This document shows positions 20,446 to 30,372 of a DNA stretch of 64,000 nt, in pieces. Origin of the DNA: an uncultured Alphaproteobacteria bacterium (GTDB lineage Bacteria; Pseudomonadota; Alphaproteobacteria; CACIAM-22H2). The notes below the pieces were generated by a model, which was not told the origin of the DNA, searched no databases, and saw only the letters and a program-made list of their open reading frames with translations. The stretch is taken from positions 704,143 through 768,142 of the forward strand of contig CAVVJD010000022.1 in NCBI GenBank assembly GCA_963748455.1, given 5' to 3'. Each line of letters opens with the position of its first letter. Position 1 is the first letter of the stretch. The translations under genes and the position numbers were made by a program.

Positions 20446-20855
20446 TTTTCGAGTCCCGCCATCGCGCAGATGATGCGCCATTCTGCTGGCGCGACCGGCA
20501 CCACCGACAGGCGCGAATGGCGCACCAGCAGCAGATCCTTGAGGCGCGGCTCCGCCTTCACTTGCGCGAGCGTGACGGGCTGCTTCACCGGGAAGAGCGG
20601 CTTCACGTCGACCATGACCCAATTGCCTTCGGTGGCGCTGCTGTCGGGATAGTGCTCGCGCACGATCTCCATCACGCCGACGATCTCTTTGCCGATATTC
20701 GAGTGATAGAAAAACGCGCGATCGCCCTTGCGCATCGCCTTCAGATTGTTTGCCGCCTGATGATTGCGCACGCCGTCCCAATGGCCCTTGCCGTCTTTCA
20801 CCAGCTTCGACCAAGGATAGGCGTCGGGTTCCGATTTCATCAGCCAGTATTGCAT
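20442..20855 (-). CDS. EVE (PUA-like) domain protein
   Basis: Intact 137 aa ORF. MQYWLMKSEPDAYPWSKLVKDGKGHWDGVRNHQAANNLKAMRKGDRAFFYHS is typical of the EVE domain. Confidence 0.85.
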   Translation of the reverse strand: MQYWLMKSEPDAYPWSKLVKDGKGHWDGVRNHQAANNLKAMRKGDRAFFYHSNIGKEIVGVMEIVREHYPDSSATEGNWVMVDVKPLFPVKQPVTLAQVKAEPRLKDLLLVRHSRLSVVPVAPAEWRIICAMAGLEK

Positions 20856-20868
20856 CGCCGGATTCCTC

Positions 20869-21861
20869 TCAGACTTCGTCCTTGAACGGGCGCGTCAGCA
20901 GCTTGTCGATCGACGCGTCGATTCCAGCACCATGATGCAAGATCGCGTCGACCATCGCCACGATCGGCATCTCCACGCCTTGGCGCGATGCGAGGGACGC
21001 GATTGACGCGGAACTCGCCTCGCCTTCCGCCACCGAGCGCTTGCCGGCCAGCGCTTGTGCGGGAGTTCGCCCCTCGCCCAGCGCAATGCCCAGCGACATG
21101 TTGCGCGACTGCGCGTTGTTGCAGGTGAGGGCCAGATCGCCGAGGCCGGAGAGGCCCATCAACGTCTCGCGCTTGCCGCCCATCGCCATGCCCAGCCGCA
21201 TCATCTCCGCCAGGCCGCGCGTCATCAGGGCCGCGCGCGCATTGTCGCCCAACTTGCGGCCGGCGACGATGCCGCAGGCAATGGCGATGACGTTCTTGAC
21301 GGCGCCGCCGATCTGCGCGCCGACCGGATCGTCGCTGCGATAGGGGCGGAAATGCTTGGTGCCGAGTTGTGCCGCGAGGCGTTCGGCGATGGCGGAGTCG
21401 GCGGCGGCGAGTGTGACCGCCGTGGGCAGGCCGCGCGCGACCTCGCCCGCGAAGGTCGGACCCGACAGCACGGCTTGCGTGGCGCCGGGGCCGGTTTCGG
21501 CCACGATTTCGCTCATCAACTTGCCGGTGCCCAGCTCCACACCTTTGGCACAGATCACCAGCGGCGTCGCCGGAGGCAGGTGCGCTTGCAGCTGCTTGGT
21601 GACCGCGCGCAGATGTTGTGCCGGCACGGCCAGAAGAACGAGTTCGGCATCGGCCACGGATGTCGCGAGATCCGACGTCGCCGCGATGTCCGATGCGAGA
21701 TCGATGCCCGGCAAAAAAATCGGATTGCGGTGGCTGGCATTGATGGAAGCGGCGATCTCCGGCTCATGCGCCCAGAGGATCGTCGCGCGCCCGGCGCGGC
21801 TGGCGACTTGCGCCAACGCCGTGCCCCAGGCGCCGGCGCCGATGATGGCAATGCGGCTCAT
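20869..21861 (-). CDS. gpsA: NAD(P)H-dependent glycerol-3-phosphate dehydrogenase
   Basis: MSRIAIIGAGAWGTALA.. (start 21861 inside ORF 20869..21939), plus ..KGVE.., ..LSGPTFA.. and ..NVIAIA.GI... Confidence 0.92.
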   Translation of the reverse strand: MSRIAIIGAGAWGTALAQVASRAGRATILWAHEPEIAASINASHRNPIFLPGIDLASDIAATSDLATSVADAELVLLAVPAQHLRAVTKQLQAHLPPATPLVICAKGVELGTGKLMSEIVAETGPGATQAVLSGPTFAGEVARGLPTAVTLAAADSAIAERLAAQLGTKHFRPYRSDDPVGAQIGGAVKNVIAIACGIVAGRKLGDNARAALMTRGLAEMMRLGMAMGGKRETLMGLSGLGDLALTCNNAQSRNMSLGIALGEGRTPAQALAGKRSVAEGEASSASIASLASRQGVEMPIVAMVDAILHHGAGIDASIDKLLTRPFKDEV

Positions 21862-23577
21862 GCGTCCCCTGCTTGCTTCTGACACCAGAACGTATAACCC
21901 GCGAAGGTATCGGGATGGCGGCGCTCGACCTCCTCCCAATGCGCGAGATCGGCAAAGCTATCGTCGCCAGGGAAGAGGGCACGATAGCGCGATTGCGCGG
22001 CTTCGGCCGGCAAATGCGTGCGGCTGAAACCCGACAAGAACTCGAATCCGACAAACCGCATGGTTTGCGCCTCGACCATGGCGCGGATCCGCGCGACGGT
22101 GAAACGGTGCTCCTGCACATGGAACATCAGGTCGCGGATGGCGCTGACGGTGAAGAAATCATCCCAGTCGGTCAGATCGCGCAGATCGGCATAGCCTGGA
22201 TCGTCGAGCAGCTTGCGGCGGAATTCGCGGATCGACGGTGCGGACCCGTCGAGACCGAGCGACGCGATGCGGCGACGCGCTTCGACGATTTCGCGCCGCG
22301 CGACTTCACCGTAGAGGCCGAGGCGGATCAGGCCGCCCGGTGCCAGCACGCCCAGCAGGCTGCGCCAGCCGGCTTCGGGATCGTGCATGTGATGGATCAC
22401 GCCGATCGATTCGATGACGTCGAACTCGCGGCGGAGCTTGGCGATCTCGAGAATGTCGCCGTGGAAGAATTCGGCATTGGCGACGTCGAGTTTCGTCGCC
22501 ATGCGTTGGGCATGAGCGAGGCTGGCGCGGCTGAGATCGAAGGCCGTCACGCGACAATCGCGATAGAAGCTGGCGAGGCTCAGCGCGTGCTGGCCCGTCC
22601 CGCACCCCGCCGACAGGAGACGCAAGGTGCGCCCCGCACCTGCCGGCGCCTCGATGGTCTTGTAGGCGGATTGCAGGCTGGCGAGCAGGTCGATGCGCGG
22701 CCATTCGGGTAGCTTCAGCCAGCGCGGATAGGGGTTGGCCTCGTACTGTGCGCGCACGATGCGCGAGACGTCGTCATCGACGGGTGCGAACTCGGGAATG
22801 GTTTGTGCAATGGCCCGTTCTTCGAGGCGATCATGCAAACCGGTGTCGAGGACAGGCCGCAATGCCGCGCTCCAGCGCTCGCGCGGCACGCGCGCGAGCG
22901 CGTCGCGACAAGGGAGATCGGCCAGAGGCGCGTAAAGCGCGCAGATTGCCACGCTACGTTCGACAGACGGCGATGGCACAATTTCGCCCGCGAGTCCGGC
23001 AGCGACGACAGCGACGTGCGCTTCCTCGTCTCGCGCCGCAACGAACACGTGTTCGTTGTTCAGGCATTGCTGTGCCAGCGCCGCGACCAGACCGATCTCG
23101 ATCGTGCCATCGTCATGCAGCGCGATATGCCGGCGCAGCGCGGTCAGCACGCGCTCCAGCATCGCATCCATGTTGACGGTCCGGCGCAGCAGGTCGAGCA
23201 GCAGCATATCCTGCGCGAACGAAGCGGCGAGGGCGCGGCCCTGCGGTGCGTGAAATCGATCGCGCCGGCAAGCCCATATTTGAGGCGCAGTTGGTGTGCG
23301 CCGCGCGCGCGAGCGCCTGGTGCTGGGTGCGCGGATCGGCGAGCGCCGCGCCGATCAAACCAGCGAGGCGAGGATGGAAGCGCTGGGTGCGCGCCATCTC
23401 CAGGATCGACACCAGGCCGCGACGCGCGTCTGCGAGCGTGGGGTCGAGCTGCAAAGCTTGCGCGTAAGCCGCTAGCGCTTCGTCGAAGCGCTGGCCGGCG
23501 TGGTGCGCACGCGCCGCGGCGAGCGCCTTGTTAGCGTCGCTTCCCCCCGCGCCGGACAATGTGGCGGTGTCGATCAT
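21858..23577 (-). CDS. TPR-containing class I SAM-dependent methyltransferase, two closely spaced frameshifts
   Basis: The N-terminal TPR-like part is in ORF 23113..23577. The body is in ORF 21858..23207, with LLSAGCGTGQHALSLA (motif I). A short middle segment (QLRLKYGLAGAIDFTH) is in the third frame. Joins are near 23294 and 23248. Its stop overlaps the gpsA start (4 nt). Confidence 0.65.
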
Positions 23578-23580
23578 GCG

Positions 23581-24779
23581 TCAATCGACTCGCGCGCCCT
23601 GGGCGATCCAGCGCCCGAGCATCTCGCGCTCCTCGTCCGTCATCTCGGTCTTGTTGGCGAGCGGCATGGTCTGGGTGATGATCGTGCGCGCGTTGATCTT
23701 CTGGACGCTGCGGCGGATCTGCACGGGCGTGTCGAGGCTCAGGCCGAGCGGCGCCACATTGAAATTCTCGTCGGTCGGATGCGCCGAATGGCAGGTGGCA
23801 CAACGTTGCGCGATGATCGCGCGCACTTCGGCGAATTCAACTTTCTCGCCGGCCGCAGACGGCACGTTGGCGCCAACGCGCACATGGCCGGCGACGACGG
23901 CGAGCGCAATCATGCCGAGCACCGCCGCCGGCAGAAGCCAGGGATTGCTGCGCCCCTTGTTGCGCAGATTGAAGATGTGACGGACGAGGCCGCCGACCAG
24001 GCTGATGCCGGCCAGGATCAACCAGTTCAGCTCATGGCCGAAGGTGCTGGAGTAATGGCCGCTCAGCATGATGAACACGACCGGCAGGGTCATGTAGTTG
24101 TTGTGCAGCGAGCGGTGCTTGGCCCGGAGCGCGTCGGCGGGATCGGGGCGCGTGCCGGCCTTGGTCGCTGCCACCATCGCGCGCTGGGCCGGGATGATGA
24201 TCATCCACACATTCGCGGCCATGATCGTGCCCAACAGCGCGCCCATCTGGATGTAAGCCGCGCGGCCGCTGAACGCCTTGCTGAACGCGTAAGCCGCCGC
24301 GACCGCGAGAACGAACGAGATCGCCGAAGCGAGCGCCGGCTTCTGCGACAGCTTCGAGCGCCACAGCAGATCGTAGATCACCCAACCGACAATCAGCGAC
24401 ACGACGCTGATCGCGATGGCGAGCCAGGGCGGCAGTGCGGCCACCGCCGGATCGATCAGATATTCGCTGGCACCGAGATAATAGATGATGGCGAGCAGCA
24501 GGAATGCCGCTGATCCAGGTGAAGCCGGCTTCCCATTTCACCCAGTGCAGCGTTGCCGGAATTTCGGCGGGCGTGAGCTGCATCTTGCTGATGTGATAGA
24601 AGCCGCCGCTGTGCACCATCCACAGCTCGCCCTCGACGCGCTCGCGCGGCACCGGCCGGTTTTTCAAGATGGCTGTCGAGCCAGTTGAAGAAGAAGGACG
24701 AGCCGATCCAGGCGATGCCGGTGATGACGTGCAGCCAGCGCACCGCGAGGTTCAGCCATTCCGTCATCGTCGCGTCCAT
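23581..24779 (-). CDS. puuD: urate hydroxylase PuuD-like membrane cytochrome c, two frameshifts
   Basis: The N-terminus MTEWLNLAVRWLHVITGIAWIGSSFFFNWLDSHLE is in ORF 24456..24779. The middle is in ORF 24032..24667 (..VEGELWMVHSGGFYHISK..HWVKWEAGFTW..). The C-terminus is in ORF 23581..24444 and carries a CATCH heme-c motif. Joins are near 24670 and 24505. Confidence 0.7.
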
Positions 24780-24855
24780 CGCGCTCAGCCCCGCCCGGTT
24801 GTCGTGGCGGCCAATCTATCGCGGCTTCGTGTGCGATGCACCATGGCGCCCTTCG

Positions 24856-25915
24856 TCACGCTTTGACGCCGGCACCGCGCGCGGGTGCGGCGGTAGGGTC
24901 GAGCGGCCAACGCGGGCGCGGCGCGAAGTCGAACGAATCGGTTTGGCCGAGGCGCAGGCGCTCGATGCCGGCCCAGGCGATCATCGCCGCGTTGTCGGTG
25001 CACAGGCGCGGCGGCGGCGCCACCAGGGTCAGGCCATTCGCCGCGGCCAGCACCGCGAGACGCTCGCGCAAGGCGCGATTGGCCGCGACGCCGCCGGCCA
25101 CGACCAGCGCCTTGGCCGCGTCGGCATAACGCTGCTTGAACAGCGCGATGGCATTGGCGGTGCGATCGGCCAGCGTGTCGCCGGCGGCGGCCTGAAACGC
25201 GGCGGCGATATCGGCGGTGTCGCGCGCGGTGCGCGCCGCGCCCAGCCCCTCGACGAGCTGGCGAATCGCGGTCTTGAGGCCGGCGAAGGAGAAATCGCAG
25301 CCCGGCCGGCCCTTCATCGGCCGCGGCAGGGCAAAGCGCGCGGGATCGCCCGACGCGGCCAGGCGCTCGATCGCCGGGCCGCCGGGATAGCCGCAGATCG
25401 AGGAGCTTGGCGGTCTTGTCGAACGCCTCGCCCACCGCATCGTCGATGGTGGTGCCGAGGCGGACATAGCGCCCCACGCCCTCGACGATCAGAAGCTGGC
25501 AATGCCCGCCCGAGACCAGCAGCAGCAGATAGGGGAAGGCCACATCGTCCGACAGGCGGGCCGAGAGCGCGTGGCCCTCCAGGTGATTGACCGCGATAAA
25601 GGGCAGGTTGCGGGCGAGCGCGATCGCCTTCGCGGTCATCACGCCGACGATCACGCCGCCGATCAGGCCGGGGCCGCCGGTGGCGGCGACGGCGTCGAGA
25701 TCGGCGAAGCTCTTTCCGGCCTCCGCCAGGGCGCGGGCGATCAGCCCGTCGAGATGGTCGAGATGGGCGCGCGCCGCCACTTCCGGCACGATGCCGCCAT
25801 AGGGCCGATGGATATCGACCTGCGACAGGACCAGATCGGACAGGCGCTCGCGCCCGTCCGTGACAAGGGCGGCGGCGGTCTCGTCGCAGCTGGTTTCGAT
25901 CCCGAGGACGATCAT
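24856..25915 (-). CDS. tsaD: tRNA N6-adenosine threonylcarbamoyltransferase TsaD, one frameshift
   Basis: [18 protein letters not shown].. is in ORF 24785..25915, good up to ..[10 protein letters not shown]. It continues as [12 protein letters not shown].. in ORF 24856..25467. An extra base near 25400 (ctg-c-ggctat) causes the shift. Confidence 0.9.
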
Positions 25916-25961
25916 GGCGAAGCCTGTAGCGGGTTTGGCGCCCGTGCGCTAGAGAGGGAAT

Positions 25962-26906
25962 ATGAGCGCCACCCCACGCCTTCGCATCGGCACCCGCGGA
26001 TCGCCCCTGGCCCTGATCCAGGCCAATGAGGTCAAGAGCCGGCTGATCGCCGCGTGGCCGGAGCTGGGCGGCGAAAATGCGGTGGAAATCGTCCCCATTC
26101 GTACCACCGGCGACAAGATCACCGACCGCACGCTGGCGGATGTCGGCGGCAAGGGGCTGTTCATCAAGGAGATCGAGGAGGCGCTCGGCGCCGGGAGCGT
26201 CGATCTGGCCGTGCACTCGATGAAGGATGTCGAGACGCGCCTGGCGCCCGGCTTCGTCATACCCTGCCTGCTGAAGCGCGAAGACCCGCGCGACGCGCTG
26301 ATCGCGCCGCGGGCGCGCAGTATCGCGGAGCTTCCGCAGGGTGCGGCCATCGGCACCGCGTCGCTGCGCCGGCAGGCGCAGATGCTGGCACTGCGACCGG
26401 ATTTCAAAATCGTGACGCTGCGCGGCAATGTCGAGACGCGGCTGCGCAAGATCAACGAGGGCGTGGCTGACGCAACCTTGCTGGCGATCGCCGGGCTCAA
26501 CCGGCTCAATCTGGCCGATCGCGCCGCCTGCATTCTCACGCCCGAAGAAATGCTGCCGGCTGTCGCGCAAGGGGCCATCGGCATCGAATGCCGCGACGAC
26601 GATGCGCGCGTGCGCGCGTTCCTGGCGCCGCTGCACGATGCGGCAACCGGCTGGGCGGTCAGCGCCGAACGCGCCGCGCTGGAAGTGCTCGACGGCTCGT
26701 GCCGCACGCCGATCGGCGGGCTCGCGACCATCGACGGACGGACGCTGCATCTAGAGGTGCTGCTGGCGAGCGGCGATGGCAAACAGGTCTGGCGCGCGCG
26801 GCGCAGCGGCGCGATCGGCGACGCCGTGACGCTGGGCCACGATGCCGGCGCGGAGTTGCGCGCCAAAGCCGGGGCTGGCTTCTTTGCCGAAGCCGGGCAA
26901 GGATAG
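25962..26906 (+). CDS. hemC: porphobilinogen deaminase (hydroxymethylbilane synthase)
   Basis: Intact 314 aa ORF with LRIGTRGSPLALIQANEV..RTTGDKI..GGKGLFIKEIE..AVHSMKD. Confidence 0.95.
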   Translation: MSATPRLRIGTRGSPLALIQANEVKSRLIAAWPELGGENAVEIVPIRTTGDKITDRTLADVGGKGLFIKEIEEALGAGSVDLAVHSMKDVETRLAPGFVIPCLLKREDPRDALIAPRARSIAELPQGAAIGTASLRRQAQMLALRPDFKIVTLRGNVETRLRKINEGVADATLLAIAGLNRLNLADRAACILTPEEMLPAVAQGAIGIECRDDDARVRAFLAPLHDAATGWAVSAERAALEVLDGSCRTPIGGLATIDGRTLHLEVLLASGDGKQVWRARRSGAIGDAVTLGHDAGAELRAKAGAGFFAEAGQG

Positions 26907-26910
26907 CGCC

Positions 26911-27642
26911 ATGCGGATTCTCCTGACCCGGCCGCGCGAGGATGCCGAGGCGCTTGCCGCAACGTTGCGCGGGCGCGGCCATACGGTGACGATCGAACCG
27001 CTGTTCGTGGTCCATCCCGTCGATGACGGGCCGCTCGATCTTTCCGGCGTGCAAGCCGTGCTGCTGACCAGCGCCAACGGGGCGCGCGCGCTGGCGCAGC
27101 GCACGACGCGGCGCGATCTGGGCGTGCTGGCGGTGGGCGATGCGACCGCCGCCGCGGCGCGCGCCCTGGGCTTCGATGCGGTCGAGAGTGCCGGCGGCGA
27201 TGTCGACGATCTGGCGCGGCTGGTGCGAGCGCGGCTGCGGCCCGAAGGCGGCGTGCTGCTGCATGCGGCCGGCAGCGTGGTCGCCGGCGATCTGTCCGGA
27301 CAACTGACGCAAGCCGGCTTCATCGTGCGCCGCACCGTGCTCTATCGCGCCAAGCCGGTCGATGCGTTGTCGTCCGATGTCGCCGCTGCGTTGCGCGCGC
27401 GCGAATTCGACATGGTCGTGTTCTTCTCGCCCCGCAACGCCGCCGTTTTCGTCAAGCTCGCGAGCGAGAGCGGGCTGAGCGAATCCTGCGCGCACGCTGT
27501 GGCGCTGGGCCTCAGTCCGGCCGTGGTCGGCGCTGCGGAGGGACTTAGCTGGGGTGCGCGCCACGCCGCCGAGCAGCCCAACGAAACCGCCCTGATCGCG
27601 GCGATCGATCGCATCGCGCTAAGCTACGCGCCACCGGAAATG
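26911..27642 (+). CDS. hemD: uroporphyrinogen-III synthase; no in-frame stop, 3' boundary approximate
   Basis: MRILLTRPREDAEALAATLRGRGHTVTIEPLF.. (ATG 26911 inside ORF 26842..27993). At about 240 aa (normal HemD length) the sequence reads ccggaaATGAcaacg. That looks like a stop/start overlap, but the TGA is out of frame, so the ORF runs on into the next gene. Confidence 0.75.
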
Positions 27643-28852
27643 ACAACGCCAACGATCATCCCGCCAGCACCAGAACCGGAGCGAGAGCCAGCTCCTGCCC
27701 CTGCATCCGGACCGTGGACGGCGCCGCCGCCAACGCATGGAGCCGCGCCGCCGCCGCATGAGCCACCTGGGCCCCTGCCGCCAGAAGCTTTGCCGCCGCC
27801 GGCCGCTGCGCGTCCGCGCTCCGCGGGCGGCGCCTATGCCGTGGCGGTGATTGCACTGCTTGTCGCTGGCGCGAAGTCTGGGATGGACTTTATGGCAGAA
27901 CTACATCGTGAACCAGGCCAGCGGGCAGATGGCTGGGCGTATTACAGTGCCCGCAATCCCCGTCGATCTCGCGCCGCGCCTTGCGGCGATTGAACGCCAT
28001 ATCGCGGCGCTGCCGTCGCCACGCGCTGATAGCACGCCGGATCCGCGCGTCGCCGCGATCGGTGAGCGGCTTGCCGGGATCGAGCGGCGGCTTGGCGAAA
28101 TAGCGGCCGTGCCCGGTGCTGTTTCGCCCGATCAGGTGGCGGCATTGCAGCGGCGCGTGCAGGCACTTAAATCGGCACCGGCGCCAAGCGTCGATACGAG
28201 TAAGATCGCCGAACTGACTGCCGAAACCACGCGACTGCGCGAAGATCTCGCCCGGTTGCAGGACGAGGTCGGCGCGTTGAGTCTGGTGGTGGGCGATCTG
28301 ATGAAGTCCGACCGTGCTGCCGCCAAGCGCAACGATGCGCTACTGCTCGCGGTCGGGCAATTGCGCGAGGCCATGGCGCGCGGCGACAGCTTCGCGCCGG
28401 AGCTGGCGTCGCTGCAGGCGCTTACCGACAACGATCCGAGCTTCGGCCCGGCCATCAACACGCTGGCCGCGCACGCGGCGCGCGGCATCAAGACCCGGGC
28501 GCAATTGCGCGATGAGTTCGCGCGCGTGGCGCCGGCGATTATGCGCAATGCGGGCGGCGACACGACCACGAGCTGGTGGCAGGCGCCAATCGACCGGTTG
28601 TCGAATCTGGTATCGGTGCGCAAGATCGGCGATGTCGCCGGCGACACGCCCGACGCCATCGCCGCGCGCGCTGAATACCGGCTGAGCGAGGACGATCTCG
28701 CCGGCGCGGTAAGTGCCGTCGAGCGGCTGAGCGGTGCACCAGCCGAAGCGGCGCGACCATGGTTAGCCGACGCGCGCGCGCGACTGGATGCGGAGCGCGC
28801 CGTCGCCGCGCTGAGCGCACAGGCCCTGAAGGCCGGGGCGAACGCCCCGTGA
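27640..28852 (+). CDS. Mic60/mitofilin-like (COG4223, HemX-position) inner-membrane protein, frameshifted
   Basis: A candidate ATG at 27640 starts a Pro-rich region and the TM helix AYAVAVIALLV, in the hemD frame. The rest is in ORF 27851..28852 and is coiled-coil rich. It ends in a mitofilin-type domain: ..WWQAPIDRLSNLVSVRKIGDVAGDTPDAIAARAEYRLSEDDLAGAVSAVERLSGAPAEAARPWLADARARLDAERAV. The frame join is near 27850-27900. Confidence 0.65.
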
Positions 28853-30231
28853 TCCGCATCATCGGGCTGCTGGTGCTGCTGGCCGCAGTGATGGTCGGCG
28901 TGGCGTGGTTCGCCGACCGCCCGGGCAGCGTCACCATCGTCTGGCAGGGCTGGCGGATCGACACGTCGGTGGGCGTGTTGCTGGCCGGCGTGCTGGCGGC
29001 AACGATCATCGCCACCGCTCTCTATCGCGCTTGGCGCACGATCACCGATGCGCCGCGCCTGCTCGGGCGCTGGCGGCGCGAGGGCAAGCGCCAGCGCGGC
29101 TATGTCGCCTTGACGCAAGGCCTGGTCGCGGTCGCGGCCGGCGACCCGCAGGAAGCGCGCCGCCAGGCGCGGCGCGCCGAAGCACTGCTGAGCGAGCCGC
29201 CGCTGACGCTGCTGCTGACCGCGCAAGCGGCCCAGCTGAACGGCGACGAGAACGCCGCCAAACGTTATTTCACGCAGATGCTGGGCCGGCCGGAGACGGA
29301 GTTCCTGGGGCTGCGCGGTCTGCTGATCCAGGCGATGCGCGTCAACGATCGCGTCGGTGCGCTCGCCCTGGCGCGGCGCGCGGCGACGCTGCAGCCCAAG
29401 GCGCCGTGGGTGCTGACGACGTTGTTCGAACTGGAAACGCGCAGCGGCGAATGGCGCCAGGCCGCCGCCACGCTCGAGCGCGCGCAGCGCGTCCAAGCAC
29501 TGCCCGACGACACGTCGCGCCGGCACCACGCGGCTGTTGCGCTCGAGCGCGCACGCGCGGCATTGGCCGCGGGCCAGCCGGGCGAGGCGCTGCGCTTTGC
29601 CGAACAGGCGCTGCGCGCCGATGCCGGTCACCCAGCGGTGACGGCATTCCTGGCCGAGCGCTACAATGAGGCCGGCAAGGCGCGCGCCGCCGGCAAGCTG
29701 ATCGAGGATGCCTGGGCGCGCCTGCCGCATCCCGATCTGGTCACCGCTTACCGTCGCGCGCGGCCGGTGGCCGAGCCGCTGCAATGGGTGAAGCAGGTCG
29801 AGCGGCTGGTGCGGCTCGCGCCGACGCACATCGAGAGCCTGATCGCGATGGCGGAGGCCGATCTCGACGCGCGGCTGTGGGGCGAGGCGCGGCGCAACCT
29901 GATGCTGGCCGGCGGCGACAACCCGAGTGCGCGCGTGTGCCGGCTGATGGCACGAATCGAGGATGAGGAAAAACATGACGCGGCTGCCGTGCGTGAATGG
30001 CTGGGCCGCGCCGCCGACGCGCCGCGCGACCCGGCCTGGACCTGCGAGGCGTGCGGCGCCATCCATCCGCGCTGGCAGGCGGTGTGCTCGCGCTGCCAGG
30101 CATTCGACCGGCTGAGTTGGCGCGCACCATTGCGCGTCGACGCGGCGCTTGCACCGGCGGCGGCGCCGGTCGCTGCGGTGATCGCGGCGGCGCCGACGGA
30201 GCCGACGGCGCCATCACCGCCGACGTCATGA
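28849..30231 (+). CDS. hemY: HemY N-terminal-domain protein (heme biosynthesis-associated TPR membrane protein)
   Basis: GTG at 28849 (VIRIIGLLVLLAAVMVGVAWFADRPGSVTIVWQGWRIDTSV..) overlaps the previous stop (GTGA). It has two TM helices, TPR-like repeats and a C-terminal CEACG..CSRC zinc-ribbon-like motif. Confidence 0.8.
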   Translation: MIRIIGLLVLLAAVMVGVAWFADRPGSVTIVWQGWRIDTSVGVLLAGVLAATIIATALYRAWRTITDAPRLLGRWRREGKRQRGYVALTQGLVAVAAGDPQEARRQARRAEALLSEPPLTLLLTAQAAQLNGDENAAKRYFTQMLGRPETEFLGLRGLLIQAMRVNDRVGALALARRAATLQPKAPWVLTTLFELETRSGEWRQAAATLERAQRVQALPDDTSRRHHAAVALERARAALAAGQPGEALRFAEQALRADAGHPAVTAFLAERYNEAGKARAAGKLIEDAWARLPHPDLVTAYRRARPVAEPLQWVKQVERLVRLAPTHIESLIAMAEADLDARLWGEARRNLMLAGGDNPSARVCRLMARIEDEEKHDAAAVREWLGRAADAPRDPAWTCEACGAIHPRWQAVCSRCQAFDRLSWRAPLRVDAALAPAAAPVAAVIAAAPTEPTAPSPPTS

Positions 30232-30250
30232 GCCTCTCTAAATAAAGTCA

Positions 30251-30327
30251 TTGTCATGCGCGGACTTGATCCGCGCATCTGACAGTGCGTTGATGTCAGA
30301 CTCGCGGGTCAAGCCCGCGGGTGACAG
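30251..30327 (+). repeat. family-1 dual-hairpin repeat element (copy A)
   Basis: ttgtcatgcgcggacttgatccgcgcatctgac-N12-tcagactcgcgggtcaagcccgcgggtgacag. It is nearly identical to copy B (43237..43313) outside the 12-nt spacer. It lies in the convergent gap between hemY and a TRAP SBP gene. Confidence 0.8.
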
Positions 30328-30372
30328 AATTGGATTTGGGCGGTGGAGCAGCGATGCGGCGCGTGATCGCGC

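Noticed and set aside
25390-25410. Programmed ribosomal frameshifting or transcriptional slippage as the explanation for the split genes (tsaD given as an example).
   Set aside because: The sites I could resolve have no shared slippery heptamer or long homopolymer. Both insertions and deletions occur, in both directions. The affected genes are not known to use recoding.
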